A stretch of 64,000 bases of DNA. It comes from the human T2T-CHM13v2.0 reference genome, Homo sapiens. How positions within the stretch are numbered: the stretch's first letter is position 1; every line of letters starts with the position of its first letter. This document shows, one piece after another, positions 27,063 to 40,400 of this stretch. Under the pieces are notes generated by a model, which saw only the letters and a list, made by a program, of their open reading frames with translations, did not search any database and had not been told where the DNA came from. The DNA is taken from assembly GCF_009914755.1 (NCBI RefSeq), contig NC_060940.1. One strand, given 5' to 3'. The position numbers and the translations under genes were made by a program.

Positions 27063-28344
27063 ATGTCAACTGACTCACTGATAGTAGAAAAGGATTATTC
27101 ATAGCAGCCTTCAGTTACATGAATGGGTAACCCCATGACTTATCTAGAACTTATTTGTATTTATTTTTATTCTTTAATATTCTACATTGCAAAGCAACAC
27201 ATTTTTAAAAAATTATTTTGAGCAAGGTTAATGAGAAGGCAAAAAATATCTTGGGATCTCAGATCTATGAATTTTGAGATTATTTTTATTCATATCCCTC
27301 TCTTTCCACTCATTGCTTGGAGATGTACAATATTATCTGAAGTGTTCTGATAAGTCCTGCAATAAAAAAGTCCACCTGAATTTAACCCAGTGTTTTCCAA
27401 TAACATTCAATAATATATTATTATATTTTAAGGAGCACCATTTAACTTAACCTGGATCTACTCACCTTGTAAATGTAAGTATAAACCACAGACATAGTAC
27501 AAACAATATTTGGAAATACTTCACGTGACATTCTTGCTTGAAGTGTTCACATAATAGAAACTCATTTGTACATAAGATATGCTGTTCTAGTTTTGAACAC
27601 ATTTGAAAATTTGGGGAGGTAATTTTATTTTATCTTCTAATGACTGGTTTTGTCTTTTAGAAGAAAGTTAAAGAACTAGTAAATAGATAGTGACGATTTT
27701 CAAATATCTCATAAATTATATCTAGCGTGTGCCCACCTCACTTGTCTCATTCAAATCCCAACAGTATTATTTTCTCCTCCAAATCCTCAAATGCTTGGTT
27801 TTTCTGAATCGTTCTGGTCATTCTCCTGGAAATGTTATTGTTTTCAATATCTCTACTACCATATGGTTGTCAGATGGTGCATATCATAGCTGGTGGATTC
27901 TTACCAACAAAGAGCAAAATTGAGCTATCATTCCTCTTATTTGAAAAATATTAATTCCCCTGGGTAAGTTGGTGTGAGAAATACGTCATGTAGTTGCATA
28001 TCAATTTTGTCACCCAAACTATTAGAAGGAAATCTGGTCTAGAAAAATGTGGAAAACCCCATGTCTACTATCGCATGTAAGTGGTCAAAGACTGATAAAA
28101 TCTAGGAATCCTGATTCTGAGATTGTTTATGTAACTATTTTTCCAGGAAACGTTTGCCTGCCAAGAATGGGCAGTAGAACACAGATTCAGTAGACACTTC
28201 CTGTCCCCTTGCAAGAAATTCTGATATTTCCTCTTATTTGAAGGCAACTGCCATAGTAAACTCATTAGAAGGTGTCGTCCCTCTTGATTCTGTTGAGAAA
28301 GCTCAAATGTTGACATTCAACACTTATCTATACACTCTCCTTCT

Positions 28345-28616
28345 AGTTTTGTTTTGTTTTGTTTTTTGTTTTTGAGACGGAGTCTTGCTCTGTCACCCAG
28401 GCTGGAGTGCAGGAGTGCGATCTTGGCTCACTGAAACCTCCGCCTCCCGGGTTCAAGAGATTCTCCTGCCTCAGCCTCCTGAGTAGCTGGGAATTATAGG
28501 CGCCTGCCACCATGTCACGCCTGGCTAATTTTTTGTATTTTTAGTAGAAATGGGGTTTCACCTTGTTGGCCAGGCTAGTCTCGAACTTCTGACTTCAGGT
28601 GATCCACCCACCTTGG
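28345..28616 (-). mobile_element. AluSx-like, ~40 nt 5'-truncated
   Basis: Antisense dimer ending caggtgatccacccaccttgg; possible TSD ctccttct at 28337-28344 and 28617-28624. Confidence 0.93.
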
Positions 28617-29280
28617 CTCCTTCTTCCATCACCTACATCACCTGTGAGCACATAATCCCTAGGTTCCGTTTCATGCCATCTTGAACTGCATGGTCATTTC
28701 AGTTGTTGTCCATGGATGACCGTCTGCCTTAGACTAAGCAAAATTAAGAATATCTTCCTAGTCTGGAACTAGGAAACTAAAACTACCCTGAGAGGCTTAA
28801 GAGAAAACCAGAAATTGTAAATGCTTAAAGGAACAAACTAGGAATATTCCATAACTTAGTGACTATTATGAAGAAAATGTTGATTTTAGTGCTTGATACA
28901 TGATGGCTACAAACAAAAGCTTATGTGTCATTCTTGTTTAAAATATACTTATATTGTTTGTTCGTTAGCACATTCTGAAAGGTAATTAGAGGGTAGTGGA
29001 CCATTACTCTATAAATATGAGTTACATGGATAAATTAGCAAATTATTCATTTAAGTATATATATGTGTTTGTGAGAGAGTGTACACATATGCATACACAT
29101 ATAAAAAATAAAAATGCATAACTCATAGAATTGCTTGAAAAAATAAACAAATCAGTCCATATAGTCATGTAATGCATATAAAAGACTTAGCTGACAACTT
29201 TGTGCTGTTATCTTTATCTATCAAATACAACCCAAGGCATGGGAGACTTTGTTTCACTTGTGACAATTAACTGCAAAGTA

Positions 29281-30446
29281 TTTTTATTATTATTATTATA
29301 CTTTAAGTTCTAGGGTACACGTGCACAACGTGCAGGTTAGTTACATAGGTATACATGTGCCATGTTGGTTTGCTGCACCCATCAACTCATAATTTACATT
29401 AGGTATTTCTACTAATGCTATCCCTTCCCCAGCCCCCCACCCCCCGACAGGCCCCAGTGTGTGTTGTTCCCCACCCTGTGTCCATGTGTTCTTATTGTTC
29501 AACTCGTGCCTATGAGTGAGAACATGCGGTGTTTGGTTTTCTGTCCTTGTGATAATTTGCTTAGAATGATGGTTTCCAGCTTCATCCATGTCCCTGCAAA
29601 GGACATGGACTCATCCTTTTATATGGCTGCATAGTATTCCATGGTATATATGTGCCACATTTTCTTAATCTGGTCTATCATTGATGGACATTTGGGTTGG
29701 TTCCAAGTCTTTGCTGTTATGAATAGTGCTGCAATAAACATATGTGTGCATGTGTCTTTATAGTAGCATGATTTATAATCCTTTGGGTATATACCCAGTA
29801 ATGGGATTGCTGGGTCAAATGGTATTTCTAGTTTTAGATCCTTGAGGAATCACCACACTGTCTTTCATAATGTTTGAACTAATTTACATTCCCACCAACA
29901 GTGTAAAAGCATTCCTATTTCTCCACATCCTCTCCAGCATCAGTTGTTTGCTGACGTTTTAATGATTGCCATTCTAACTGGCATGAGATGGTATCTCATT
30001 GTGGTTTTGATTTGCATTTCTCTGATGACCAGTGATGATGAGCATTTTTTCATATGTCTGTTGGCTGCGTAAATGTCTGCTTTTGAGAAGTCTCTGTTCA
30101 TATCCTTTGCCCACTTTTTGATGGGTTTGTTTTTTTCTTGTAAATTTAAGTTCTTTGTAGATTCTGGATATTAGCCCTTTGTCAGATGGGTAGATTGCAA
30201 AAATTTTCTCCCATTCTGTAGGTTGCCTGTTCACTCTGATGATAGTTTCTTTTGCTGTTCAGAAGCTCTTCAGTTTAATTAGATCCCGTTTGTCAATTTT
30301 GGCTTTTGTTGCCATTGCTTTTGGTGTTTTAGTCATGAAGTCCTTGCCCATGCCTATGTCATGAATGGTATTGCGTAGGTTTTCTTCTAGGGTTTTTATG
30401 GTGTTAGGTCTTACATTTAAGTCTTTAATCCATCCTGCATTAATTT
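29281..30446 (-). mobile_element. 5'-truncated L1PA6/7-like element (~1.2 kb)
   Basis: ORF 29974..30234(-) [29 protein letters not shown] is ORF2p; primate 3'UTR; TSD core tgcaaagt at 29272-29279 and 30449-30456. Confidence 0.95.
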
Positions 30447-30462
30447 AATGCAAAGTTTTTTT

Positions 30463-30580
30463 TAAAGGTGAGGAAACTGAGGCTAAGAGAGGTTAACTAA
30501 TGTGTTCATATTTTTGTAGCTGAGTAACTTTGGATAGAGTAGGCTAAGAAGTGGAGCTAGAATCAAATGGTACCTGATTG
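30463..30580 (-). mobile_element. MIR
   Basis: ggtgaggaaactgaggctaagagaggttaa core. Confidence 0.8.
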
Positions 30581-30910
30581 CAGTGCCAATGAAAGTATGC
30601 AATAGGATAGCCAGCTGATGCGTCTTGGTATTTGCTAATGATGCTGATTTAGTACAGATGCCAGTGAAGGTGGAAATACAGGCTGCAAAGACTCACTAGG
30701 GCTTATGCATGTTTGGTTCTTAATACTACTTTGGACAAAATACTCCCTGCTTAGAACATAATTGTATTAACCTAGTAGTGGGTTCTAAAAGGCCCTTTTC
30801 TAATGAGTAGGTAGCACGTGGCTTGCCAAGTGTTTAGAGAATACAAATCAAGTAGTTCCGAACCATATATCATAGGAATCTTACATTATTGTTACTTTAT
30901 AGAAGATATG

Positions 30911-31023
30911 TAGGGAACCAACTTGTCCCACTTTGTTCAAAACTTTCCTGGTTTTAGCACTAAGTTTTGCATCTGAAAATACCCTAGGTCCCAGACAAAA
31001 CAGATAGACAATTGGTCAATCTA
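30911..31023 (+). mobile_element. MER81 (hAT-Blackjack non-autonomous DNA transposon)
   Basis: 113 bp; degenerate TIRs tagggaaccaa / ttggtcaatcta; internal ggttttagcact. Confidence 0.75.
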
Positions 31024-31589
31024 ATCCAGAAAGGGATATTTGGGTCATAATTGCATAATCTCATTAGAAGAAGAATAAAGTCTCCTCATTAATATTTCAA
31101 TACTCACCCGTCCTCATTCTTAATTAAATTTATGGGTTTGGAGTCTTGATAGCTTTATAATTGCAAGCCATTCTCTGCCATTCTTTGCCAAATAAAGGCT
31201 GAATCTGTTATTTCCTTCAGGACTTAGTTGTTATTGTTCTTCTTTATTGCCTTAGTGTACTTGGAATACTGATTTGATATTAAAGGTTACTGTAGTTCTG
31301 TTTATCTTCACAAGGGCAAAATCTTTCGCAAAACCTCTTTGGAAGCCGTGCCAGGCATGAGAAGTTTTTTAAATTTAATGATTTGTTATTCAGAACCCAG
31401 TAATGTTAATGTTGTGATGATACAGTCTTGCAAATGGTTGAACACTGAAAAGTGAATGTTACTCTTGACTTTTTAATCAACTTGCATCTCCATCTTCCTT
31501 TGAATAACGAGATTAGTCATGTCTGTCCTGCTTCTTATAGAGGAAAAAGCTGCCGGTTATACACACTGTTATTATTCTGTATTTTCTTA

Positions 31590-31755
31590 AATAATAGTTT
31601 TCACAGGTATAATTAACTAATTGTATGTTTATTTAGTACCATTCCATGAAGTAGAAAGAGGCCTGTCTTGTTGACCAGTGTATTTTCAGTACTTACATAA
31701 AAACTGAATGTATTTTGTATGCAGTACATATCGGTTGAATGCAAGTATTGATGAA
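31590..31755 (+). mobile_element. L2 3' terminus
   Basis: ttccatgaagtagaaagaggcctgtcttgttgaccagtgtatttt...gttgaatg. Confidence 0.6.
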
Positions 31756-31934
31756 GGACAGATGGATGGATGGATGGATGGATGGATGGATGGATGGATG
31801 GAAGGATGGATGGTTAGATGGATGGATGGATGGATGGATAGATGGGTGGATGGATGAGATGAACGGTGAATGGATGAATAAAGGATGGATGGATGAGATG
31901 AACGGTGAATGGATGAATAAAGGATGGATGGATG
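31756..31934. repeat. (GGAT)n tetranucleotide repeat with a 39-bp higher-order duplication
   Basis: Seen directly; gagatgaacggtgaatggatgaataaaggatggatggat starts at 31856 and 31895. Confidence 0.95.
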
Positions 31935-32224
31935 AAATTTTTAGCCACAGCTAGCCCAATGTGGTTATAGGCTACATTATACTTCTGTCATGACATGACG
32001 TTTTATATAGACCTTCACTTTTCTAAACTATGCATTTAAAAGAACCTAGTGAATATCTTCATTCTTTTCCTCTGGCTGAGAACAGTCATGTATAAGTGTT
32101 GCCCTGCTCATGTATGACAGGACAGGAAAAAAGTCAGAGAACATATAGTAGGTCTGCCCACTAGTCAGATAAATTATTTTTACTATGTGCTCACTAAATC
32201 TGTCCCCCTTTCAAATAGAAAAGC

Positions 32225-32370
32225 TTGGAGTTTGAAGGAATCTTATAAATCAGACAATTCAAATCACCTTTTTAAAGATGAGGAAAAGGACCACAGATGT
32301 GTTAGTTTACTTGTTAAAGGTTACACAGCACATTATTAACAGAGCCAATAATAATAGCCAGATCTGCCAT
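32225..32370 (-). mobile_element. MIR/MIR3
   Basis: aagatgaggaaaagg...acttgttaaaggttacacagc. Confidence 0.6.
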
Positions 32371-35061
32371 GGGCAGCTCCGCGTTACCTTATGCTGTCTG
32401 CTTAAATATAGTATTCTTTAATGCTGCTTCTTTGAGCCAGATTCGCTGAATCAGTCTCTGGTCTGCCAGACCCAGGATAACAAAATTAACTAGCCTTTAG
32501 TTTTTGCCACTGCTTCTTATTTAACTAGATTTCTAATCTTCAGCCTCTTCTCGTCAAAATAATCTGATTCTCCATGCATTGGGGGAAATATCAGGGAAAT
32601 TTCTTGCAAACATATGACACAAGAAAAATAAGAGCACATCCAAGAAAACTTCCACGGCTAGTGACAATCTAGCAATTCATCCCATAAGGATCAAACACAA
32701 AAGGATTTCATATTCACTTTCAAAGTTAGTTATGCAATTCATTTATACTTCACACACTTAGAATTCTGGATTTATATGGAAGGCCTCTTTTTTTTCCTGT
32801 ATTCTCTATAAATTGTGAATGCTGTTCCTGAGTTGAAGGTTAGCCCCAGTAATAGAAATGCAGTCAGGTGGAAATTGTCTACAGCAGAACTATTACTGGA
32901 TCCATGATGCGATATCTCTACATACAATATGCTTTGGGCATAAATGAGAAGAGGAAAGAATGGCACTGAAATAGGATTTCCCCTCTAACTAAGGCCATTC
33001 TAACTAAGGAAGAAATTACCGTATTGGAAAGATGCCACTGCCTTCTATTCAATATTCATTTAAAAGGAACATTTCTGATAGCTTCATTTATGCACATTTT
33101 CAACAAACAACAACCCAAAGAATCAGAACTTGCCATATTCAATTTTATGCAGCTCACTAAATGACCAATAAGAGAGACAGAGGGCACTTGTACTTTTTCA
33201 TGCTTAGATTACTGCAAAATGGAACAATTAACAAATGTATGCTGCTAGATTCAGACTCTTTTCTTCCAATATTTTGCACAGATGCCAAATGCAAAATGCA
33301 CTTTCAAAATGCATTATATTAAGAAATAATTGGTCTTTATTCTAGAAGTTAATTTAACTGATAATTCTAAACAGGTGGCTTATGGCTCTATAAGAACTCC
33401 TATTAGTTACTTTGCTTGAGATTATTTTCTAATTTTCTTCTGGAAAAGTTGGGCAAACTGAATGCTTGAAGTTCACTCCTCATGTCTGGTACAGTATGAG
33501 AAAATATTCTTGTTGGCTACTTGACAGGGTAAATAAAATAAGGAACTACTGGGAAAAGAGAATATATTGCTCCCTGAAGGTGCAAGTGTTTCTTCAAGCT
33601 GAAAATTACACATTTATGAGAAAAGCCAAGTGCTTCCCAATGGAGAATTGGGTATCTCAAATCAGTTGAAGTTAAATGAAATACATATATTGAATAGATA
33701 ACTAAATTCCACAATTGGAACTTAAGGAAATGCATTCTCCTCTGTCAAAACGTTTCACATAGGTTCAAATAACTGGGATTGTGCATCACGTCATGGAATG
33801 AATTCAACATAAAAATAAATTGGTTGAAAAATCAAGGAAAATATTTTAAATTAAATTGTTTGCTTTCTCCCTTTCCCAATTCTGTCTCTTTTCCTTTCCA
33901 GAGGCTTCTAAGAGACTTTAAGTGTGCACCAAGGGATTTTCTAGCTGTTTTCACCCACGGTTGATATATCTCAAATGTCCCTATACTAATCTTCCCTTTT
34001 GCTGATAGCAAATAATGTAGATGTACTCCTTTTTTATTATTGCTGCAAAAATGATTTATCTTCAACATTTAATACATTAAAACATTCATAAAAATACAAA
34101 TAGTTCTACGGTAAATGTGTGGGTTTGTCATGAGCACTGATTGAATGCACTAACTATTCGCCAAGACTGTGAAAAGATTGTCCCATTCTGATGCTAGCGA
34201 TGACACTGTGATTTTGGACATTCTATGTTTCAACTTGACTGTCTCTTAAATCATGTAACTCTCTTCCTGTACAATCTCAACTATTCTAGACCTTTGTATA
34301 TTATTTTTCTGCTGATAGTTCTAAAACTGACATCCAGATCATTTACTTTTCTTCTGAGAAGTGCCCTTTAGACAATTTTATGTGAAATTTTCCTGGTGCT
34401 TCATATCTGTTATGTACAAAACTGAGCTCAGGCCCTTTATCTGCTGTGGCTGTGGTTTGTGGCAGGCTCCTACTAGGCCCTATAAGGGAGCTGCATCAGT
34501 TGGAAGGGAGGGACATCGGTTCCTCTATATGAAGAGGTGGCTGTTGACAAAGCCATGGGCCTGTGGGACTGCATCAATCCAGAGGGGCTGTCTTTTCCTA
34601 ATCTGTACAAAGGAGCTCCAAAATCTAATAGGGTCCTTGATTGAACACTCTATATTCTTTCTCACTTGCTTCATTTCCTAAATTTCCTGTTTCTAGTAAA
34701 GATAATTTAAATTTGGTAATTGAAGACACTTCCTTACCTCTACCACTCACTTCTCTCCCTATCCAGTTAGTTTCTAGATTCCACTGAAGGGTATCCTACA
34801 GATGTTTTTTGCTGTTCATTATAGGGGTGTTTGTTCTGTTAAAGAAATGGGGAGCAGTAGTCTTAGATTTAAGGTTGCACATCATTAGACTTGGAATAAG
34901 CCATTTTTCAACAGGAGCCCAACAATTGCTTTTTTAAAAAGAACAAGAAAAAGCTCTCCTCCCCTTGTACGAGGCTGATACTTCTTCAAACTAACTCCCA
35001 TTGTGTCAGAGAGCTCTTTCTAAAATATAAAACTTTTCATGTCATATCTCTACATATAGTT

Positions 35062-35548
35062 TGTAATAAGTTAAAAATAATAGCCTCCAGAAGATGTCCA
35101 TGTCCTAATTCCTGAAACTTATTAATACATTACCTTATATGGTTAAAAGGACTTTGCTATTGTACTTAAGTTGAAGATCTTGATTTGGGAAGATTATCCT
35201 AAATTATTCAGGTGGGTCCAACGTGATCACGAGGTCTTTATAACAGTGAAACAGGAGGAAGAGAATCACTAGCAGGAGATGGGATGATGGAAGCAAGAGG
35301 TAGGGGTGATGAGCGGAAGGGGCAGTGAGCTTAAAAATGCAGGTGGCTTACGGAAACGATAAAAGGCAAGAATATAGATTCTCCTCTCAGAGTCTCCAGA
35401 AGGAACCAGCTAAGATAACACTTTGACTTTATACCAGTGAAACTATTTTGGACTTTGAAAATTCAGAAGCACAAGATAATAAATTTGTGTTGTATTAAGC
35501 CACTAAATCTGTGATAGATTTTCACAGCAGCAATAGGAAACTAATGCA
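35062..35548 (+). mobile_element. MLT1D MaLR solo LTR inserted in an L2 fragment
   Basis: aagatgtccatgtcctaattcctgaaac...agattatcct...aagataataaatttgtgttg...cagcagcaataggaaactaatgca; L2-like flanks (34990-35060, 35550-35700). Confidence 0.88.
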
Positions 35549-35762
35549 TCAATTTTGATCAATGGCTCTTTATAATTTTCAGAATAAATTTCAAACTTCT
35601 TAATTTAGCACAGAAGTCCTTCCATGATATATCACTGCACAGCTCTCTGATCTTACTTTCAGCTACTATCCAGTTCTAAATTACTTTTACAGTTGCTGAA
35701 ATTTCAAGCTGATAGACCATTTCCAACTACTTCCTTTTGTGGGCATTAGAAATATTTATTCC

Positions 35763-35763
35763 A

Positions 35764-35808
<45 letters not shown>
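35763..35808. repeat. (CT)n microsatellite
   Basis: Seen directly. Confidence 0.95.
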
Positions 35809-35914
35809 GCTAAAGCCTACTTATCCCTTCCTTCAGGACTCCTTTTTTGATACTCAAATCCAGTGTGGAAAATTCACAAATGAAAGAAAAACTGATGAAT
35901 AAGAAATTCATTAA

Positions 35915-36471
<557 letters not shown>

Positions 36472-37039
36472 TAGTTGTCTGGGCAGATGAGTTTTACTTC
36501 TATGGCCAGAATTAAATTTCTAGCTTATGGTGACCACTAAAATATGGTACCAGACTGATGACTCATGCAACTTTTTGCTCTTACTATAATTACACTATCC
36601 AGGACAAAGTCCCCACTGAGAGAAATGCCTGTACTCTGTGTACAATACATACAGCATGTAGTGTCATTTTTGAGGGTATGTCATGGGATTCCACGTCAGG
36701 AACACATTTAAATGACACTAAATTACACACACGCTTACACACAAATCCAACAAGCAAAAATTTAGTGTACAATTAACGATATAGCTCAGTAGTAAGTCTG
36801 GTTATCATTAAAAAAATCCTTGAATATTTAATAGAACCTAATTAAAATTAATAGAGAAAACACTATGAAAACATTAAATAAGAACATTTTTCTTTTTTTT
36901 TATGAGAGGAAAATACCCATTCTTAAAATAGGCTTTTAATGCTCACATTTAATCTCTGTACTAGCTTCTTTTGTCAAACAACATAATGAACTCTCAGTCA
37001 ATAAACAATCACATGATATTTTAAAGAACTTTGTTGTGC

Positions 37040-37260
37040 TAAGTACTATGCAAGGTGTTTTCATCTTCATTGTCTCGTATCCCCTACTGTCTTCCAACAC
37101 TCACACAAATGTTAGATGTGTCACTTTATACATTACTGTCCAAAAAAGTAAAGGTCAAAATGGCCAATGAAGCAGCAAGTAGAAGAGTCTGTTAGATTTA
37201 AACCCCTTTTTCCTAGTTCCAGGTTTAGAATTTCTCCTCTTACTACACATTGCCTCCCTT
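37040..37260 (-). mobile_element. MIR (degenerate)
   Basis: gtgctaagtactatgcaaggtgttt...agatttaaaccc. Confidence 0.5.
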
Positions 37261-37299
37261 AAGAATATCTCTACGATAATTAACTTATTAGTTTAGTCA

Positions 37300-37885
37300 T
37301 GTTTGAAATGCTTGTTCTCCGGTGCCATAAAGAAATAGCACTTGAACATAAATTTATTTAGTAAGGCCATTTTTACTTCCTGCAGAACGGGTACACTCGC
37401 CAGCAGTTTTGCCACGAGAGTACACCGAACAAAGGAGACAGGGTCATTTATAACCTGATGCATCCACCCTACTGCTGTTTCCGGTTTCTACTGGCTGGAA
37501 CGGAACCTCACATTCTGTGTTTATCCCAATTGGCGAGCAACTTAGAACTTTTTAAAAGAGGCAAAGGTAGACAAGAACAAAGGAAGGAGGAAGTAACTTG
37601 CGGAATGCTGAGAAGAGTAAAAACACTTTTAAATAAGGAAAAGGAACAGGCTATGACCCAATGCTTGCTTGGACCAGTATAAGCATGCCAGGGCAAATAT
37701 TTAAGCTCAATTGTGGATAAGCTAAGAACTTAAAGTACATTGATTTCTCTGTTATGGCTAGCAGATATTTAAGAATGTTAGCACAGGTCTTCGAATACCT
37801 TTTGCTTTTAAGAGAAGTTATTACTTATTCCTAATTAGACAGGGAGGAAAGTCTTTGAAGAAGAACCTCTATTTTACTTTTTACA
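37300..37885 (-). mobile_element. LTR10C-like solo LTR (ERV1, HERV-I/IP10 group)
   Basis: 586 bp, TG...CA termini, perfect 4-bp TSD gtca (37296-37299, 37886-37889); minus strand starts tgtaaaaagtaaaatagaggttcttcttcaaagactttcc as in my recollection of LTR10C. Confidence 0.88.
37661..37700. promoter_or_regulatory. Candidate p53 response element inside LTR10C
   Basis: Four abutting decamers ATGCTTGCTT GGACCAGTAT AAGCATGCCA GGGCAAATAT versus RRRCWWGYYY. Confidence 0.6.
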
Positions 37886-38759
37886 GTCAGATTCTCCACT
37901 GTTCCTTTTGAAAAAGTAGCTGACGGATGTGTGTAGCCCGAACATCCCCAAAAACTTTACCCTCACTTCTTTCACACCTTTATTTTGATTTTTATACCAG
38001 TCATGTCTTGTCCACATTCCAGAGATGTGCCTAATTATAGCACCCATCTAAAGTAATAATCCAATGAGCAAAAAATTATAGATAATCAATAAATAAATGT
38101 TGGTGAGTGCCATTTGGAATTGTTTGCACTTGAGTGTATAATATTGGAAAAGACTTATGACAAAAGTTGTTTATAGTCCCAAATTCCAATGCCAGACACA
38201 TGACAGACTTTCCCAAACTGTGAGAGTCAACATGGGTGATAGAATATGCTTCATCTTCAGAGACACACACAATACATTACTTTGAATTTTTCTCTATTTT
38301 TAAATAGTTGTGTGATTTTGGACTGATCACATAGCCTGAGTTTAATTTTTCTCTGTTTTAAAATAAGAGTAGCAATACCTCCCCTGCTAAATACGCAAGA
38401 GCTACCATCTCTGTCCTTCAGAGCCAGATAATTATCCTTCACAAAGATGATTATTTTGCAAGGTGATACATAATTTGGCATTTTCATAGACGTTTTTGTC
38501 ATGGGAAACTTGTTTTGATAATTCTCTGTCTTCAGAGTAAACAGGCTTTCATTTGATATCAATGGTGTTTGATGGAAAAGGAGAAGGTGAGTGTATCGGG
38601 AGTTAGAAAAGAGAAATGGATATATACAAGATGTGTAAGTTCCTTAAAAGTAAGAGATTCAAGCAAAATAAATTCTGAAAGAATACACAGGAGACTATAT
38701 AGTTTAGAGGAGCTGGTCATTATCTTTGCAATCACTGTTTCCAAACTACATCTCCACAA

Positions 38760-38910
38760 CTCACTAGCTGTTCAAATTCTGATTCGTTCTTTAATCCCCA
38801 TTTTTTCCTCGTTATGTGGAAACATTAATACATATTTCATCGGTTTAAATGAGATAAGGTATGATTTCTGTCATGCACAAACTATCAGGAAATAATGATA
38901 GTACTAATAA
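38760..38910 (+). mobile_element. MIR
   Basis: ggtttaaatgagataaggtatg...aaataatgatagtactaat. Confidence 0.55.
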
Positions 38911-39511
38911 TTATCATGCATAAATTCTCACCTGCTAATGAAGAACCTTGGGAATTTATATAAAAAGATATTTACTTTTGCCTAAGTCGCTTTTTTGTTT
39001 GAGTTTTTCTTATGGTTACAGAGTGCTATTTGTTTTTACTCATTGTTTCACACATCTTCCTTCTGAGTTTAGTTTCCTTCGTACTGAAATACGTCCTTTA
39101 GAAGTTCATTCAGAGATGCTTTGTTAGTAATAAATTTTTCAATCTTTTAGGACCAAAGTTGTCTTGATTTTGCTCTTAATCTTGAATGATGATTTGGCAG
39201 GCTTTAGAATTCTAGGTTGGCAGTTTCCCTTATTGCCTGGAAAATATTAATCCATTACATTCTAGTCTTTTATTGGTGTTAAAGGAATGTACATTAATTA
39301 TTAAAATTGTTTATTTGTGTGTAATCTATTCTTCCTCTTTTGCTTCATTCTTGATTTCATTTTCCTCTTTTGTTCTGCAGTTCGCAACAGTATGTCCCAG
39401 TAGGGATAACTTTTATTCTCTTTATTGAGCCTTTATTTGATTCTTTAAGGATTCATATTTTGTTCATTCTGCAAAATTCTCAGACTCTTTTTTTAGATAT
39501 CTATTGCTTCC

Positions 39512-40400
39512 TAGCTTCTTCCTCAAAATTTAATGGCTTTAAGCCACAAACATTAATTATACCTCATGATTTTAAGCTTCATAATTCATGCAAAGCTCAG
39601 CTGGATATTTCTGCTCCCTGTCGCATTGAGAGTTTACTCAGTGGTATTCAGCTGGTGATGGGTCTCATCTGCAGGGTCCAAACAGGCTGGGGCTTTGGCA
39701 GAGGTGATTGGAAAGCTAGGCTTAGCTCCATATAATCTGAAGATTCCAACCTAAAGGTTCCTACTTGAGATATTGTTTCTACAGCAAGGCACTAGAATTT
39801 CTTACATGGCCGCCCAGAACTCTGAGCCAGTAAGAGGAAGTAGCAAGTCATCTTAAAGTCTAAGTCCAAAACTTACTGTATTCTGTTGGTCAAAACAGTC
39901 ATAGGTTTATCCAGATTCAGTAGGAGGGAAAAGGATGTTTTAGGCCATTTTTGCGTGGCTATAAACGAATACCTGAGACTGGGTAGTTAAAAAAGAAAGA
40001 GGTTGAATTAGCTGACAGTTCTGCAGGCTGTACAAGCGTGGCACTGGCATTTGCTCGGCTTCTGAGGAGGCTTCAGGGAACCTGGTGGAAGGTAAAGTGG
40101 AAGCAGACATGTCACATGGTGAAAGCAGAGGCAAGAGAGCAAGTACAAAGATGCCATACACATTAAACAGCCAGATGTCACAAGAAGTCACTCATTATCA
40201 CAAGGACAGCACCAAGGGGATGGCGCTAAACCATTCATCAGAAATCTGCCCCCATGACCTAATCACCCCCCACCAGGCCCCATCTCCAACATTGGGGATT
40301 ACATTTCCACATGAGATTTAGAGGAGACAACATTCAAGCTATATCAAGTGGGCTCCCACCCTATGATCAAATAATTTATAGCCATCTCTAACTCCCCACA
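39512..40400 (-). mobile_element. MLT1H-like LTR split by MSTB
   Basis: cctcaaaatttaatggctttaagccac...tattctgttggtcaaaacagtcat...; resumes at 40347 and ends ccccaca. Confidence 0.65.
39936..40346 (-). mobile_element. MSTB-like MaLR solo LTR
   Basis: tgttttaggccattttt...gaatacctgagactgggta...ggggattacatttc...ctatatca. Confidence 0.9.

Noticed and set aside
27320-27520. Possible hAT-Charlie remnant (cagtgttttccaa...ttggaaatact)
   Set aside because: Too degenerate to assign without a Dfam search
31739-31954. 71-aa (WMDG)n ORF
   Set aside because: Translation of the (GGAT)n microsatellite
37458-37696. ORFs on both strands in the LTR
   Set aside because: Lie within a solo LTR; no gag/pol/env sequence present
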